Shown: positions 1-8,039, numbered from the stretch's first letter. The stretch: DNA of 23,857 nucleotides from Candidatus Marsarchaeota archaeon (GCA_023485505.1 JAMCZN010000041.1:1-23857); one strand, 5' to 3'. Translations and numbers: made by a program. The notes: generated by a model from the sequence alone, not told the origin.

Positions 1-956
1 ACACCACCATTAGATATTATTCTTTTCGTTATAAGTCCTCTGTCTTCACATATTCGTATGAAAAGTAGTCTATTAATAAGTACATAGATTGATTCCTTAC
101 AAAATACCTGCTTATTCTCCTCCTCCTTATCATCTGGTCTGTTTGAAAGTGCTTTCCAAATATAATATCCTGAAAATGTTGAAAATTTCTTATATCTGCC
201 CTCAGTTTTTAATTCGTACCTTGCTATCTCGGCAGCTTGCTTTCTGTTATCTCCATTATGTTTTTTCATTTCTTCTAATTCATCTTTAGTTTGTTTATAC
301 TGCGCATAGTTGGCATAATATTCATCAAACGCAGAATAGGTGTACTGGCGCAATATATCATTTGAGATGTAATTTAGTTGTTCTATAAGTTTATCAAAGC
401 CTACATCCTCTGCTACATCTATTTTAGCGTAATATGGATCAAAAATACCATATTTTGCTTCGCTCCATATCTGTTCTTTTGTTATGTTATTCAAAAAAAG
501 AATCTGTTCTGTTTCTTTTGTAGAAATTTTGCTTTCTGTTGTTCTCTTTGAATTTATAAGATTCAAAAAGTCTATATCAGATTTTAGGATTTTTTCTCTA
601 CCAGTAATCTCCCATAATATGAACCTGTAACCATTGGTAAGACCTACAAAATGTGTTGAAGAATCTGCATATTTACCTGCTTGATCCCGCCATGTTTGGG
701 CGTCTAAATTCTCTTTTGGCCGTTTTGTCTCTATTACAACTATACGATTTTTGTTTTCATCAAGAAGTGTTATATCTGTCCTACTACGTTCAAACGTGTA
801 GTCCGACCCTTCATATCCTAAAACGCCCTCTATCAGATATTTAGCTAGTCTTGGACTAAAATCATGCTCAAGCGAATCTATAGTTATCTCGCTGTTTATC
901 TTCTTAAAAGCGAGTAAGATTTTGTCTGTGAAACTTAAATCTTGTTTAGAAATCAT
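1..956 (-). CDS. Restriction-modification enzyme, N-terminal part. It has an HsdR_N/Mrr-like PD-(D/E)xK nuclease domain and a helical spacer, and is probably type IIG or type ISP. The 3' end runs off the window.
   Basis: This gene is absent from the supplied ORF track because it has no stop codon within the window; I translated it by hand. ATG lies at 956-954 on the minus strand, and at least 318 codons are open down to position 3. The N-terminus is MISKQDLSFTDKILLAFKKINSEITIDSLEHDFSPRLAKYLIEGVLGYEGSDYTFERSRTDITLLDENKNRIVVIETKRPKENLDAQTWRD. The DITLLDE...IVVIETKRP segment is a classic D-x(n)-(D/E)-x-K nuclease core of the HsdR_N/Mrr type. About 190 aa downstream is the motif INRLLFIRICEDRGLI. 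I recognise this as the conserved helix that precedes the gamma-class N6-adenine methyltransferase domain in type IIG/IIL enzymes (MmeI-like) and in BREX PglX. No Walker A helicase motif appears in the 318 aa, which argues against a type I HsdR. Confidence 0.6.
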   Translation of the reverse strand, partial: MISKQDLSFTDKILLAFKKINSEITIDSLEHDFSPRLAKYLIEGVLGYEGSDYTFERSRTDITLLDENKNRIVVIETKRPKENLDAQTWRDQAGKYADSSTHFVGLTNGYRFILWEITGREKILKSDIDFLNLINSKRTTESKISTKETEQILFLNNITKEQIWSEAKYGIFDPYYAKIDVAEDVGFDKLIEQLNYISNDILRQYTYSAFDEYYANYAQYKQTKDELEEMKKHNGDNRKQAAEIARYELKTEGRYKKFSTFSGYYIWKALSNRPDDKEEENKQVFCKESIYVLINRLLFIRICEDRGLITKRIISNGG

Positions 957-965
957 TTTGCCAAC

Positions 966-2045
966 CTATTCTAATTTCTTTTGCCCTACCTCCTCACCTT
1001 TAAATATTCCGCTTTTCCACATTTTCTCAACGAAATAGCTAGTTATTTCCTTCTCTGGTAATTCTTTCCAGACAACTTTGTATTTGGTATTTTCAGTAAC
1101 CTCGCCGTTATCCCTTTCTACCAAACCCATCTTGACAAAGTTTTCCATAGCTGTTGAAACAAGTTGGGTTTTAAACTGAATTCTTTCTGTAGCACCGTTG
1201 CTATCTACTATATAAGGCAATGAGTAGAGCTTATTTAGATACTTAATTAACTTTGACAATTTTACTTCAAACACATTTTCTCCTGTCCTATACCACTCCA
1301 AAATTATATCCTTATCAGATTTTTTATTTATTTCAGGAAATATTTGCGCCCATAATAGTTGCATTACATATACTATCGGAGTTGCGCCATTATTCTCTTC
1401 AAATATTTTAAACATTCCAATTTCTTTATCTAGTTCTCCTCTGTAATAACTTATTTTTCCTCTCTTTATCTTATTTTCAATTTCACTAGAACTCAATGTT
1501 CCCCATTCATATGATATTCGTATCTGTTCCGTATTAGCTAATGGTTCAACAACATATACTAAAAGAATAAATTTTCGCTCAAATGCGCTTTTTTGTTTAT
1601 CAAGGAAATCAAATTTTAATACAGCCATTGCATCGGTACATCCCTGTGGAGCAAGTAATATTAAATCATGATTCTTTATGCCGATATTAGAAATGTTAAT
1701 ATCATATGATTTTAGTTGCTTAATTAGGTCATTTTCTATAAACGTCTTTAGATAATCTTCTTCAGAAACAAAAATTTGCCTGTTATTAGGATTCGGCAGC
1801 GACCTTTTGGCATCTCCAACTATTGCAAATTTTGGCAATTTTATTATTATATCTGGAGTAGGCGAATTTTTGTCATTTGGAATAATCCTTCCGCCAAAGT
1901 AAAACTCGCCACCTTCACTTTTTGTGAATTTGTACAAAGCAATAAGAGATTTTAATAAACGCTGGTAATTGTTTATATCAGCAGCTATCTCTCTCTTCTT
2001 GCTTTCCAAGCCCTCTGGATCTTTATCAGACATTTTGAATTTCAC
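966..2045 (-). CDS. Hypothetical protein of 359 aa (356 aa from the ATG at 2033). Candidate PD-(D/E)xK nuclease-fold protein, second gene of the island operon.
   Basis: Long ORF in the AT-rich island. The track start at 2045 is GTG. An ATG at 2033-2031 overlaps the stop of the upstream gene in the string ATGTCTGA, which indicates translational coupling. The segment SPTPDIIIKLPKFAIVGDAKRS fits the PD-x(12)-(D/E)xK spacing. I recognise no other family signature. Confidence 0.55.
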   Translation of the reverse strand: MKFKMSDKDPEGLESKKREIAADINNYQRLLKSLIALYKFTKSEGGEFYFGGRIIPNDKNSPTPDIIIKLPKFAIVGDAKRSLPNPNNRQIFVSEEDYLKTFIENDLIKQLKSYDINISNIGIKNHDLILLAPQGCTDAMAVLKFDFLDKQKSAFERKFILLVYVVEPLANTEQIRISYEWGTLSSSEIENKIKRGKISYYRGELDKEIGMFKIFEENNGATPIVYVMQLLWAQIFPEINKKSDKDIILEWYRTGENVFEVKLSKLIKYLNKLYSLPYIVDSNGATERIQFKTQLVSTAMENFVKMGLVERDNGEVTENTKYKVVWKELPEKEITSYFVEKMWKSGIFKGEEVGQKKLE

Positions 2046-3105
2046 CCTCGTAATTCTCAGTTAGAAAAGACAGCAATCGGTTAAATACTGTTGGAGTAAC
2101 TTGTGTCTGCGGTATTATATGTATTTCATTTGAAGCGGGAACCGTTATATCAAAAGAACCTCCAGAAACGTAATCCAATACATTCAATTCTATAAAAAAT
2201 TTGTTTAAAGAAATTATTGAATACCCCCATTTTGGCAATCCCTTTATTACTTCAATAAATTTAAGCGCATCATTTTCTTCTAGGAACAACTCACTCTTCA
2301 ATTTTATCTTTATAGGTTTTGCAACTACATCATCAAAACTTCTTGCCCTATTTTCTAAGGTGTTTTTATATAGTTCATCATTCCATGTTTTCAATAACTC
2401 TTCTAAAACAAAGACAAAGAACTTGGCGAAACCCATATTTCTATATGAGAATATCCCGTCCCTGCCTATCCTTAGTTTACTAACCGCATCTGACTCGGAT
2501 TTTCCCTTTAGATTAACTACGATGCTATCTACCCACATATGTTCACTAACAGCGTTCAAAAACAAGTCGGAGTAAGGAGTCTTAGCAAAACATAGCCTCG
2601 TTTCTTTTTTGCCGTAATATCTCTTGACAACATAGCGTTGGGCTTCTATGTCCGTCTCGGTTGTCTTTTCTATGCGTCCAAGTAGCTTTAATAGTTCTAC
2701 AGAGCTAAAGAATGTTCTTGATATTAAAGGATAGTAACTTCTGAAAAATGCCAATTGTACATTCTTAAAGTCTATATGTTTTGCATTACTAAGGATTATT
2801 CCAATAGGCCACTCTTTTAAATTTATCAACAAACAGCTTGGTTCTAAATCTTTCCCATATAATTTTAATCTGAATTTAAATATATCGCCAATTTCACTTT
2901 TATCAATTTCGAAAGTTGTACCGTCAAACGCAGCTGGCATGTGCTTTTTGAACAACTCTGCCATGCTATATCTTTTATCATAAGTGCAGATTGCAACTTT
3001 AGGAGGAGTACCGCTAACTTCACCAAATAGGCGTTCTATCGTAATAAAAAATTTACGCTTATTCTGATCTAGCATGCCGTATTCTTCTATTTTCATTGAA
3101 ACCAT
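2026..3105 (-). CDS. Hypothetical protein of 359 aa, first gene of the island operon.
   Basis: ATG at 3105-3103. An AT-rich TATA-like stretch lies 25-35 nt upstream on the minus strand, consistent with a leaderless transcript. The ORF is 1080 nt and uninterrupted in roughly 30% GC DNA, which is unlikely by chance because AT-rich sequence is stop-codon rich. I recognise no family. Confidence 0.5.
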   Translation of the reverse strand: MVSMKIEEYGMLDQNKRKFFITIERLFGEVSGTPPKVAICTYDKRYSMAELFKKHMPAAFDGTTFEIDKSEIGDIFKFRLKLYGKDLEPSCLLINLKEWPIGIILSNAKHIDFKNVQLAFFRSYYPLISRTFFSSVELLKLLGRIEKTTETDIEAQRYVVKRYYGKKETRLCFAKTPYSDLFLNAVSEHMWVDSIVVNLKGKSESDAVSKLRIGRDGIFSYRNMGFAKFFVFVLEELLKTWNDELYKNTLENRARSFDDVVAKPIKIKLKSELFLEENDALKFIEVIKGLPKWGYSIISLNKFFIELNVLDYVSGGSFDITVPASNEIHIIPQTQVTPTVFNRLLSFLTENYEGEIQNV

Positions 3106-3206
3106 TCTAAATTAGGTTGACGCTATTCTTTAATTCTAAGCATTTAACGCTCTTATGCCTTTCTGATTATGGTTGGCTCTATCATTAGGCACTTCTCAAT
3201 AAGCCT

Positions 3207-3247
3207 GATTGGACTCCTTGATGCTATTTACAAGCCGTAGTCCAATC
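3207..3247. repeat. Inverted repeat of 9 bp with a 23-nt spacer (GATTGGACT ... AGTCCAATC) in the intergenic region between the AT-rich island and the GC-rich RNA locus.
   Basis: Positions 3207-3215 are the exact reverse complement of 3239-3247. Confidence 0.5.
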
Positions 3248-3344
3248 CAATTATTGCCCCGATTAGGTTTATAATCTCGTTCCCGCTTCCGGATTTGCGC
3301 CTAGCCATAGTAGTATATCTCAGCAAAGAATTATCAGTTTTATG

Positions 3345-3650
3345 GTAAGGAAACCTATAATCCTTAAGCTACGCCAACACGTTCATCCTACAGATTCACG
3401 TGGGCTAGCGTCCCCACGGACAGCAAGCTGGCAACCCAGCAAGCGGCTGATTTTGCGGGGGGTCAAAATCAGCCTTAACGCCGCCATGTCTTACAAGGTA
3501 GCCGCGGCAGCCGTAGCCCGCCGTGCGACACCAAAGGTGTCTTCTGGGCGGGCGGAGGCTGCGTGGCGGGGTTTCTCTACACGAAACTCTACATGGACGG
3601 CTATAATATTGATGTGCAGTCATGTAGAGAGAAAATAGCCTCATTTTGAG
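3345..3650. ncRNA. GC-rich, highly structured non-coding RNA locus of about 300 nt. Class is unassigned; SRP/7S RNA or RNase P RNA are the size-compatible candidates.
   Basis: GC content jumps to over 60% for about 280 nt between AT-rich flanks. The only ORFs here are two overlapping low-complexity frames on opposite strands, which is typical of GC-rich RNA. Extensive nested complementarity is present. An 11-bp perfect hairpin spans 3445-3474. A 6-bp hairpin spans 3527-3541. A long interrupted helix pairs 3481-3486 with 3564-3569, 3508-3512 with 3557-3561 and 3516-3522 with 3547-3553. The CAGCAAGC octamer is duplicated at 3421 and 3437. CTCTACA occurs three times (3575, 3587, and inverted at 3622). 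A TATA-like box at about 3313-3320 and a T-rich tract after a hairpin at about 3636-3680 suggest plus-strand expression, but strand is not proven. Confidence 0.4.
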
Positions 3651-3700
3651 GGCTTGAGAGAGATGTGGTTTTTACAAACATTTCATAACGTAATATTCAA

Positions 3701-4861
3701 TCATGGCTGCATCCAGTCAATCTCATAATACTCGTATTCGCTCTTTGGAAGGCTAATGCGCCTTATCTTGTAATAGGTCACTGCAGTTTCCCTGTCGGCT
3801 ATGGCAACAATGAGCTCCAGCCTGTGCTCCTTCGCTTCGTTTATTATGGCCGAAAGCTCGGCTCCGCCTATGAACTCGTCTTCGCTTATGGACAGCATGG
3901 CGAACCTTGGCCTGTCCTTTCCGGGGGTCTCTATGTTCCCATCCTTCCTGTGGTACAGTACGAAATCCATCAGAAGCTTTTTCTTCCGGCTTTTTCCCGG
4001 GATGGCAAGGATGAACGTCTTCCTTACGGAATGCGCGACCCTTATGGCGCGTGCCCATTCTGAAATGAGGAGCTTAGCGTCCCTTGGGAACACGTGTATG
4101 ACGTGCTTTGAATGCACCCAGTCTTCGTTTCCCCTTATTGGCCTTGCGCCTGGAAAATAAATCCTGAAATGCGTGCCGAACTTGAAGCCCGTCTTCACAA
4201 CATAGCCCTTGCTCCTCCAGTCCGCATAAACCTGATACAGCTTTGGAAAATCCTTTCGTCTCTTTGTTGCCATTTTTATTATCTCCGATTTGCTGTAGTT
4301 CCTTACGTTTAGGGACTTGTTTTCCATAAGGAAAATGGTTTCGTATGCGTCAAGCTTGTTTAGTATGCCCCTTTCGCTTATCTTGTAGGTGCCGTATTGC
4401 CCGAACCATTGTTCGCTATATATCTCCTTGCCCTTTTCCGAATCGTCCACTATGCACATAAGGTCTTCGGGAAAGAATAGCCCTTCAAGCCTGTAGTTTT
4501 TGAGCTTGAATTGCGATGATGGGTAACCCTTTATTGGGGTTTTGTTCCCATCCTTTGACAATTGGATCTCTTCTGGCTTCTTTATTATCAGTCCCCTGTC
4601 CCTCCAGTCCTTGTATGTGAAATATCGTGCCATTAGCTTTCCGGAAAATCCGAACCTTTCGACAAGCCCGTTGAAGTGAAGTTTTTCCCCGTTGTCTCTG
4701 CATTCGGCATTTCTGACGTCAATAAGGTATAGGGCTTCTTCTGGGCTGAGGTGCAAAGTCCCATCTTTAAGAGTGCCTATATGGCCCTTCATCAGTATGT
4801 CTTTTGACGACTGGTCAGTAACGACTACCCTGTTCGTATCTCTTATTTCAAGTAAAAGCAA
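3701..4861 (-). CDS. endA: tRNA-splicing endonuclease EndA, 386 aa, multi-unit fused form.
   Basis: The N-domain motif HLSPEEALYL is present. The catalytic-domain motif is LYQVYADWRSKGYVVKTGFKFGTHFRIYFPG ... HSKHVIHVFP. An upstream degenerate copy, ARYFTYKDWRDRGLIIKKPEE, indicates an internal duplication with one pseudo-catalytic unit. The C-terminus reads LELIVAIADRETAVTYYKIRR. The track start is TTG. At 386 aa the protein is larger than the roughly 180-aa alpha4 and roughly 290-350-aa alpha'2 forms. Confidence 0.8.
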   Translation of the reverse strand: MLLLEIRDTNRVVVTDQSSKDILMKGHIGTLKDGTLHLSPEEALYLIDVRNAECRDNGEKLHFNGLVERFGFSGKLMARYFTYKDWRDRGLIIKKPEEIQLSKDGNKTPIKGYPSSQFKLKNYRLEGLFFPEDLMCIVDDSEKGKEIYSEQWFGQYGTYKISERGILNKLDAYETIFLMENKSLNVRNYSKSEIIKMATKRRKDFPKLYQVYADWRSKGYVVKTGFKFGTHFRIYFPGARPIRGNEDWVHSKHVIHVFPRDAKLLISEWARAIRVAHSVRKTFILAIPGKSRKKKLLMDFVLYHRKDGNIETPGKDRPRFAMLSISEDEFIGGAELSAIINEAKEHRLELIVAIADRETAVTYYKIRRISLPKSEYEYYEIDWMQP

Positions 4862-4942
4862 TCAACCACCTCTGTGTTTGTTGGCTTAGTATAAGGTTTG
4901 TTTCGTGTATTTTTATATGTGGCGGTGCTGATTTGCATAGTG

Positions 4943-5731
4943 TCATTTCAGTTGCAGCTCCACCTCTCCTTCTACGGCGTATATGCTGCTTATGACCTCT
5001 TTCTCGACCTCTGTCATCTTGGCAGGTATTATGAGTGCGGTCGGTCCGTTTGCAAAATTTAGTTTGCCTGCCCTTTTTACAGTTGTAAGGAGGTGCTGCT
5101 GCTCCGGCCATGCGAGCTTGTGCATTATGAACATCATTGTGTTGTCTTTTATGATCCCCCTCTTGTATTTTTTTTCTGCCTCGTACATTATCTTTACCGC
5201 TTCCTTCAGCTCGAGAGACGCATTCTTGAGAGGGTCGTAATCGAGAAGCACTATGCTGTGGAGATTGGCGTCGAAGTTCCTTTTTATCGTCTCATAGAAT
5301 GAGACTGGCTGATAATTGTGCGTCCACCTGGATATTGTGCATATCTGGCCGAACCTGTAGAAATCGAGGCCGCTCTCGCCCATGAGCGCCGGCAGCATCG
5401 AGCTTCCATGGTGTATCTTTACCTTCACATTGTACTTTTTGGCTTCAATCAAAAGGATTTTGTGAGTTGTGGCCGCAAGAGGGTCTCCGCCTACGAGCAG
5501 GACTATCTCCTTGTCCTTTGCCTTCTTTACGAATTCTCCCGCTTGCTCTTCAAGATCCTGCCTGTGGAGTTCCACTATCTTCTTTCCGATAAGTTCCTCT
5601 ATGTAGTCTCTCCTGTTGTCGGTTATGTGGGTGGTGTACCTTTCCATGTACACTTCTGACTTTTTGCACAGCTCTATCAAACCTATGGGAAAATCGAATT
5701 TTATCAGGCCTATTCCAGTTAGATACAGCAT
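4943..5731 (-). CDS. dph5: Diphthine synthase (diphthamide biosynthesis methyltransferase).
   Basis: The N-terminus MLYLTGIGL...YMERYT and the overall 262-aa tetrapyrrole-methylase-like pattern are typical of archaeal DphB/Dph5. Confidence 0.8.
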   Translation of the reverse strand: MLYLTGIGLIKFDFPIGLIELCKKSEVYMERYTTHITDNRRDYIEELIGKKIVELHRQDLEEQAGEFVKKAKDKEIVLLVGGDPLAATTHKILLIEAKKYNVKVKIHHGSSMLPALMGESGLDFYRFGQICTISRWTHNYQPVSFYETIKRNFDANLHSIVLLDYDPLKNASLELKEAVKIMYEAEKKYKRGIIKDNTMMFIMHKLAWPEQQHLLTTVKRAGKLNFANGPTALIIPAKMTEVEKEVISSIYAVEGEVELQLK

Positions 5732-5773
5732 GCGACCATTTTCAATACGTTAAACACGGACCTTAATCCAACC

Positions 5774-6736
5774 TTAATCCTTAACTCCATTGGTGGTTAT
5801 CTTTATAACACATTCCCCTTCTGGCTGGCTCGGAGAATCGACAAGCCTCACTATTCTCTTCTCTTCCTTGCTCTTCCTCATGTACAGCCTCGTAGTTGCA
5901 GCATGAGCGATGACGTTTCCGCCTATTGGCGTTGTCGGGTCGCCGAACATTATTCCGGGATTGTCCATTACCTGGTTTGTGACGTATACCGCAAGGTTGT
6001 ACTTGTCCGCAAGCATCTGCAGCCTGTGTATATGGGAGTTGAGCTTTTGTTGCCTTTCGCCAAGAGCGCCCCTGCCAAGGTATTCCGCCCTGAACAAAGA
6101 TGTGAGCGAATCCACTATTATCAGTTTTATGTTCTTTTCCTGTATTAGCTTGTCCGCCCTTTCAAGCGTAAGTATCTGTTGTTCGGTAGTCATGGCCCTT
6201 ACTACGACTATGTTTCCGAGCACCGTCTTTGGGTCAAGGTCTTCGGCCTTTGCAATCTCAGCTATCCTTTCCGGCCTGAATGTCCCCTCGCTGTCTATAA
6301 AGAAGACAGCCCCGTCAAGGCCACCCTTGTCCCTCGGAAGCTGCGCATTTACAGAGAGCTGGAATGCGATCTGTGATTTGCCGCTGGAGAACTTTCCATA
6401 TGCCTCTGTTATGCCATTGGTCTCAACTCCCCCGCCAAGCATCTCGTCAAGGTCCTTTGATCCAGTGGTAATCCTGCCTATGGCCTTCCTTTTCTCAAGT
6501 ATCTGTTCTCCAGTTTCATAATTTACTGTTGTCGATTCCTGCGCGGCGGCTATTGCCTTTTTTGCAGCGTCAACGCTGATTCCGGACAGTTCTGAAAGGT
6601 CATGCGGAGAATAAACGGCGATCTTATCAAGAGTGTCAACGCCCGCGCTCCTTAGCTTCTCGGCGGTAGTCTCCCCTATGCCGGGCAAGTCCTCCAGTTC
6701 TCTGATAGCCTTATCTTTGGCCATTAAAACACCCAC
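5774..6736 (-). CDS. radA: DNA repair and recombination protein RadA.
   Basis: N-terminal HhH segment (LEDLPGIGETTAEKLRSAGVDTLDKIA), Walker A (GKFSSGKSQ) and the RecA-fold core. Length is 320 aa. Confidence 0.9.
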   Translation of the reverse strand: MGVLMAKDKAIRELEDLPGIGETTAEKLRSAGVDTLDKIAVYSPHDLSELSGISVDAAKKAIAAAQESTTVNYETGEQILEKRKAIGRITTGSKDLDEMLGGGVETNGITEAYGKFSSGKSQIAFQLSVNAQLPRDKGGLDGAVFFIDSEGTFRPERIAEIAKAEDLDPKTVLGNIVVVRAMTTEQQILTLERADKLIQEKNIKLIIVDSLTSLFRAEYLGRGALGERQQKLNSHIHRLQMLADKYNLAVYVTNQVMDNPGIMFGDPTTPIGGNVIAHAATTRLYMRKSKEEKRIVRLVDSPSQPEGECVIKITTNGVKD

Positions 6737-6794
6737 AATAAGCGCTTATACTACGTCTATGAAGTTTATAGACCTTTGCTTGTTGTGCGATGAT

Positions 6795-7175
6795 TTATGT
6801 TGGCTTTCCGTTCTTATTCCGATTCGCTACCTTGCCAACAAAGTGGATTACAAGCAGCGCAATTGCAAACCATATGATGAAATCGAGGAATGCTCCAAAG
6901 TAATTATATGAAAAAACACATCCGGATGGCGGATGTCCGTATATCGTTTGCGGACAGAACACATTGCCTACTGAAAAGAAATCGAAGCCAAAACCAGACA
7001 TTGATGTCAGATATGGCGCTATCGCCAATCCGACCATCGCACCGATTACCGCCGATATTATTGTTTCGAAAATAAATCGCATAATGGGATATGGATTTAT
7101 CGGCTTTAAAACTTTTGAAAGCGTTTGGTTTCTAGATAAATCTGCTCTTTGTCTTGTTGCGAACAAAAACTTCAT
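6795..7175 (-). CDS. Small integral membrane protein, hypothetical.
   Basis: The 126-aa product has 3-4 predicted hydrophobic helices and no recognisable family. Confidence 0.4.
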   Translation of the reverse strand: MKFLFATRQRADLSRNQTLSKVLKPINPYPIMRFIFETIISAVIGAMVGLAIAPYLTSMSGFGFDFFSVGNVFCPQTIYGHPPSGCVFSYNYFGAFLDFIIWFAIALLVIHFVGKVANRNKNGKPT

Positions 7176-7235
7176 CCAATCAGAATATCGGTTAAATTAA
7201 CGGATATGCTTGTCATAGGAAAGCAATCACTATGC

Positions 7236-8039
7236 CTACAGCTCCCCATCTATGTAATGTTTTGACGCGGATATTGCAGAATCCCAAGGTGCCTTTTCTG
7301 CTACAAGGTGAAAGTCGTTCCCTTTTTCTAATATGTATTTATCGATACTACCAATATTGGCGCCTTGCTTTTGCATTTCTTTCAAAATATAGCTATATGA
7401 CGGCATCTTTATTGAAAGCACACCGACCGGACCATCAGTTAGATTCGCTATCGCATGGGCATAGCCGGCGGGTATGCCGACTACCGTTGCAGCGTCATAC
7501 ATGCCGCCAACTGCATAAAGAGATCCTGCTGTTGAAATTGAATCGGCAAATTTGTTTTCGCTTACCATAAACACTGGTGCCCCCAACCAACCAATCTTTA
7601 CTTCCATTCCGTTTGCAGCACAGTAATGCATGTGATAATGCAATGGTCCTGAAACCCCTGGAGGTATGATGTCGTATGTCACTTCAAATGGCGCTGATGA
7701 GCCTTTTGGAGTCAATGGGACGAACAATGCCCCATCGAGATACATATGGGCTCCCGTCGGTATTTCATACGGTTTTCTTACAAGCCGGAGAGTGCTCTCG
7801 TTTACAATGTCGGACATGCCAGCAAGCTCCATCGCCTTACGGACCATCCTTTCTATATAATCGCCCTTAAGAATTGGGCTCCTATTCGGAAAACTAACGT
7901 TTTCGTATTTTATTTCTGAGGGTACTGTTGGCATGTTATCAAGCATTTGACGAGTTTCCTGATATTTAAGCGTTTGGAATTGAAGTACTGTCAGCATTCT
8001 GCCGATTTTCAATAACGGATCCCCTCTTAAGGGCCTCAT
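7236..8039 (-). CDS. Cupin-fold protein. Possibly a metal-dependent sugar-phosphate isomerase or epimerase-like protein; function uncertain.
   Basis: The segment PPGVSGPLHYHMHY...ME resembles the cupin motif G(x)5HxH...E. The product is 267 aa. The likely start is an internal Met at 7997, which reduces the overlap with the upstream gene. Confidence 0.45.
   Translation of the reverse strand: MRPLRGDPLLKIGRMLTVLQFQTLKYQETRQMLDNMPTVPSEIKYENVSFPNRSPILKGDYIERMVRKAMELAGMSDIVNESTLRLVRKPYEIPTGAHMYLDGALFVPLTPKGSSAPFEVTYDIIPPGVSGPLHYHMHYCAANGMEVKIGWLGAPVFMVSENKFADSISTAGSLYAVGGMYDAATVVGIPAGYAHAIANLTDGPVGVLSIKMPSYSYILKEMQKQGANIGSIDKYILEKGNDFHLVAEKAPWDSAISASKHYIDGEL

Noticed and set aside
3280-3300. The minus-strand sequence UCCGGAAGCGGGAAC as a possible SRP RNA helix-8 GGAA tetraloop region.
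   Set aside because: The closing pairs and the flanking AGCAG symmetric-loop motif are absent. The site also lies outside the GC-rich structured block, so the resemblance is probably chance.
3342-3644. Two overlapping ORFs of 98 aa (plus strand) and 79 aa (minus strand) inside the GC-rich locus.
   Set aside because: They overlap each other on opposite strands. Their products are low-complexity (Ala/Arg/Pro-rich). They coincide exactly with a region of dense RNA secondary structure, so they are most likely artefacts of high GC.
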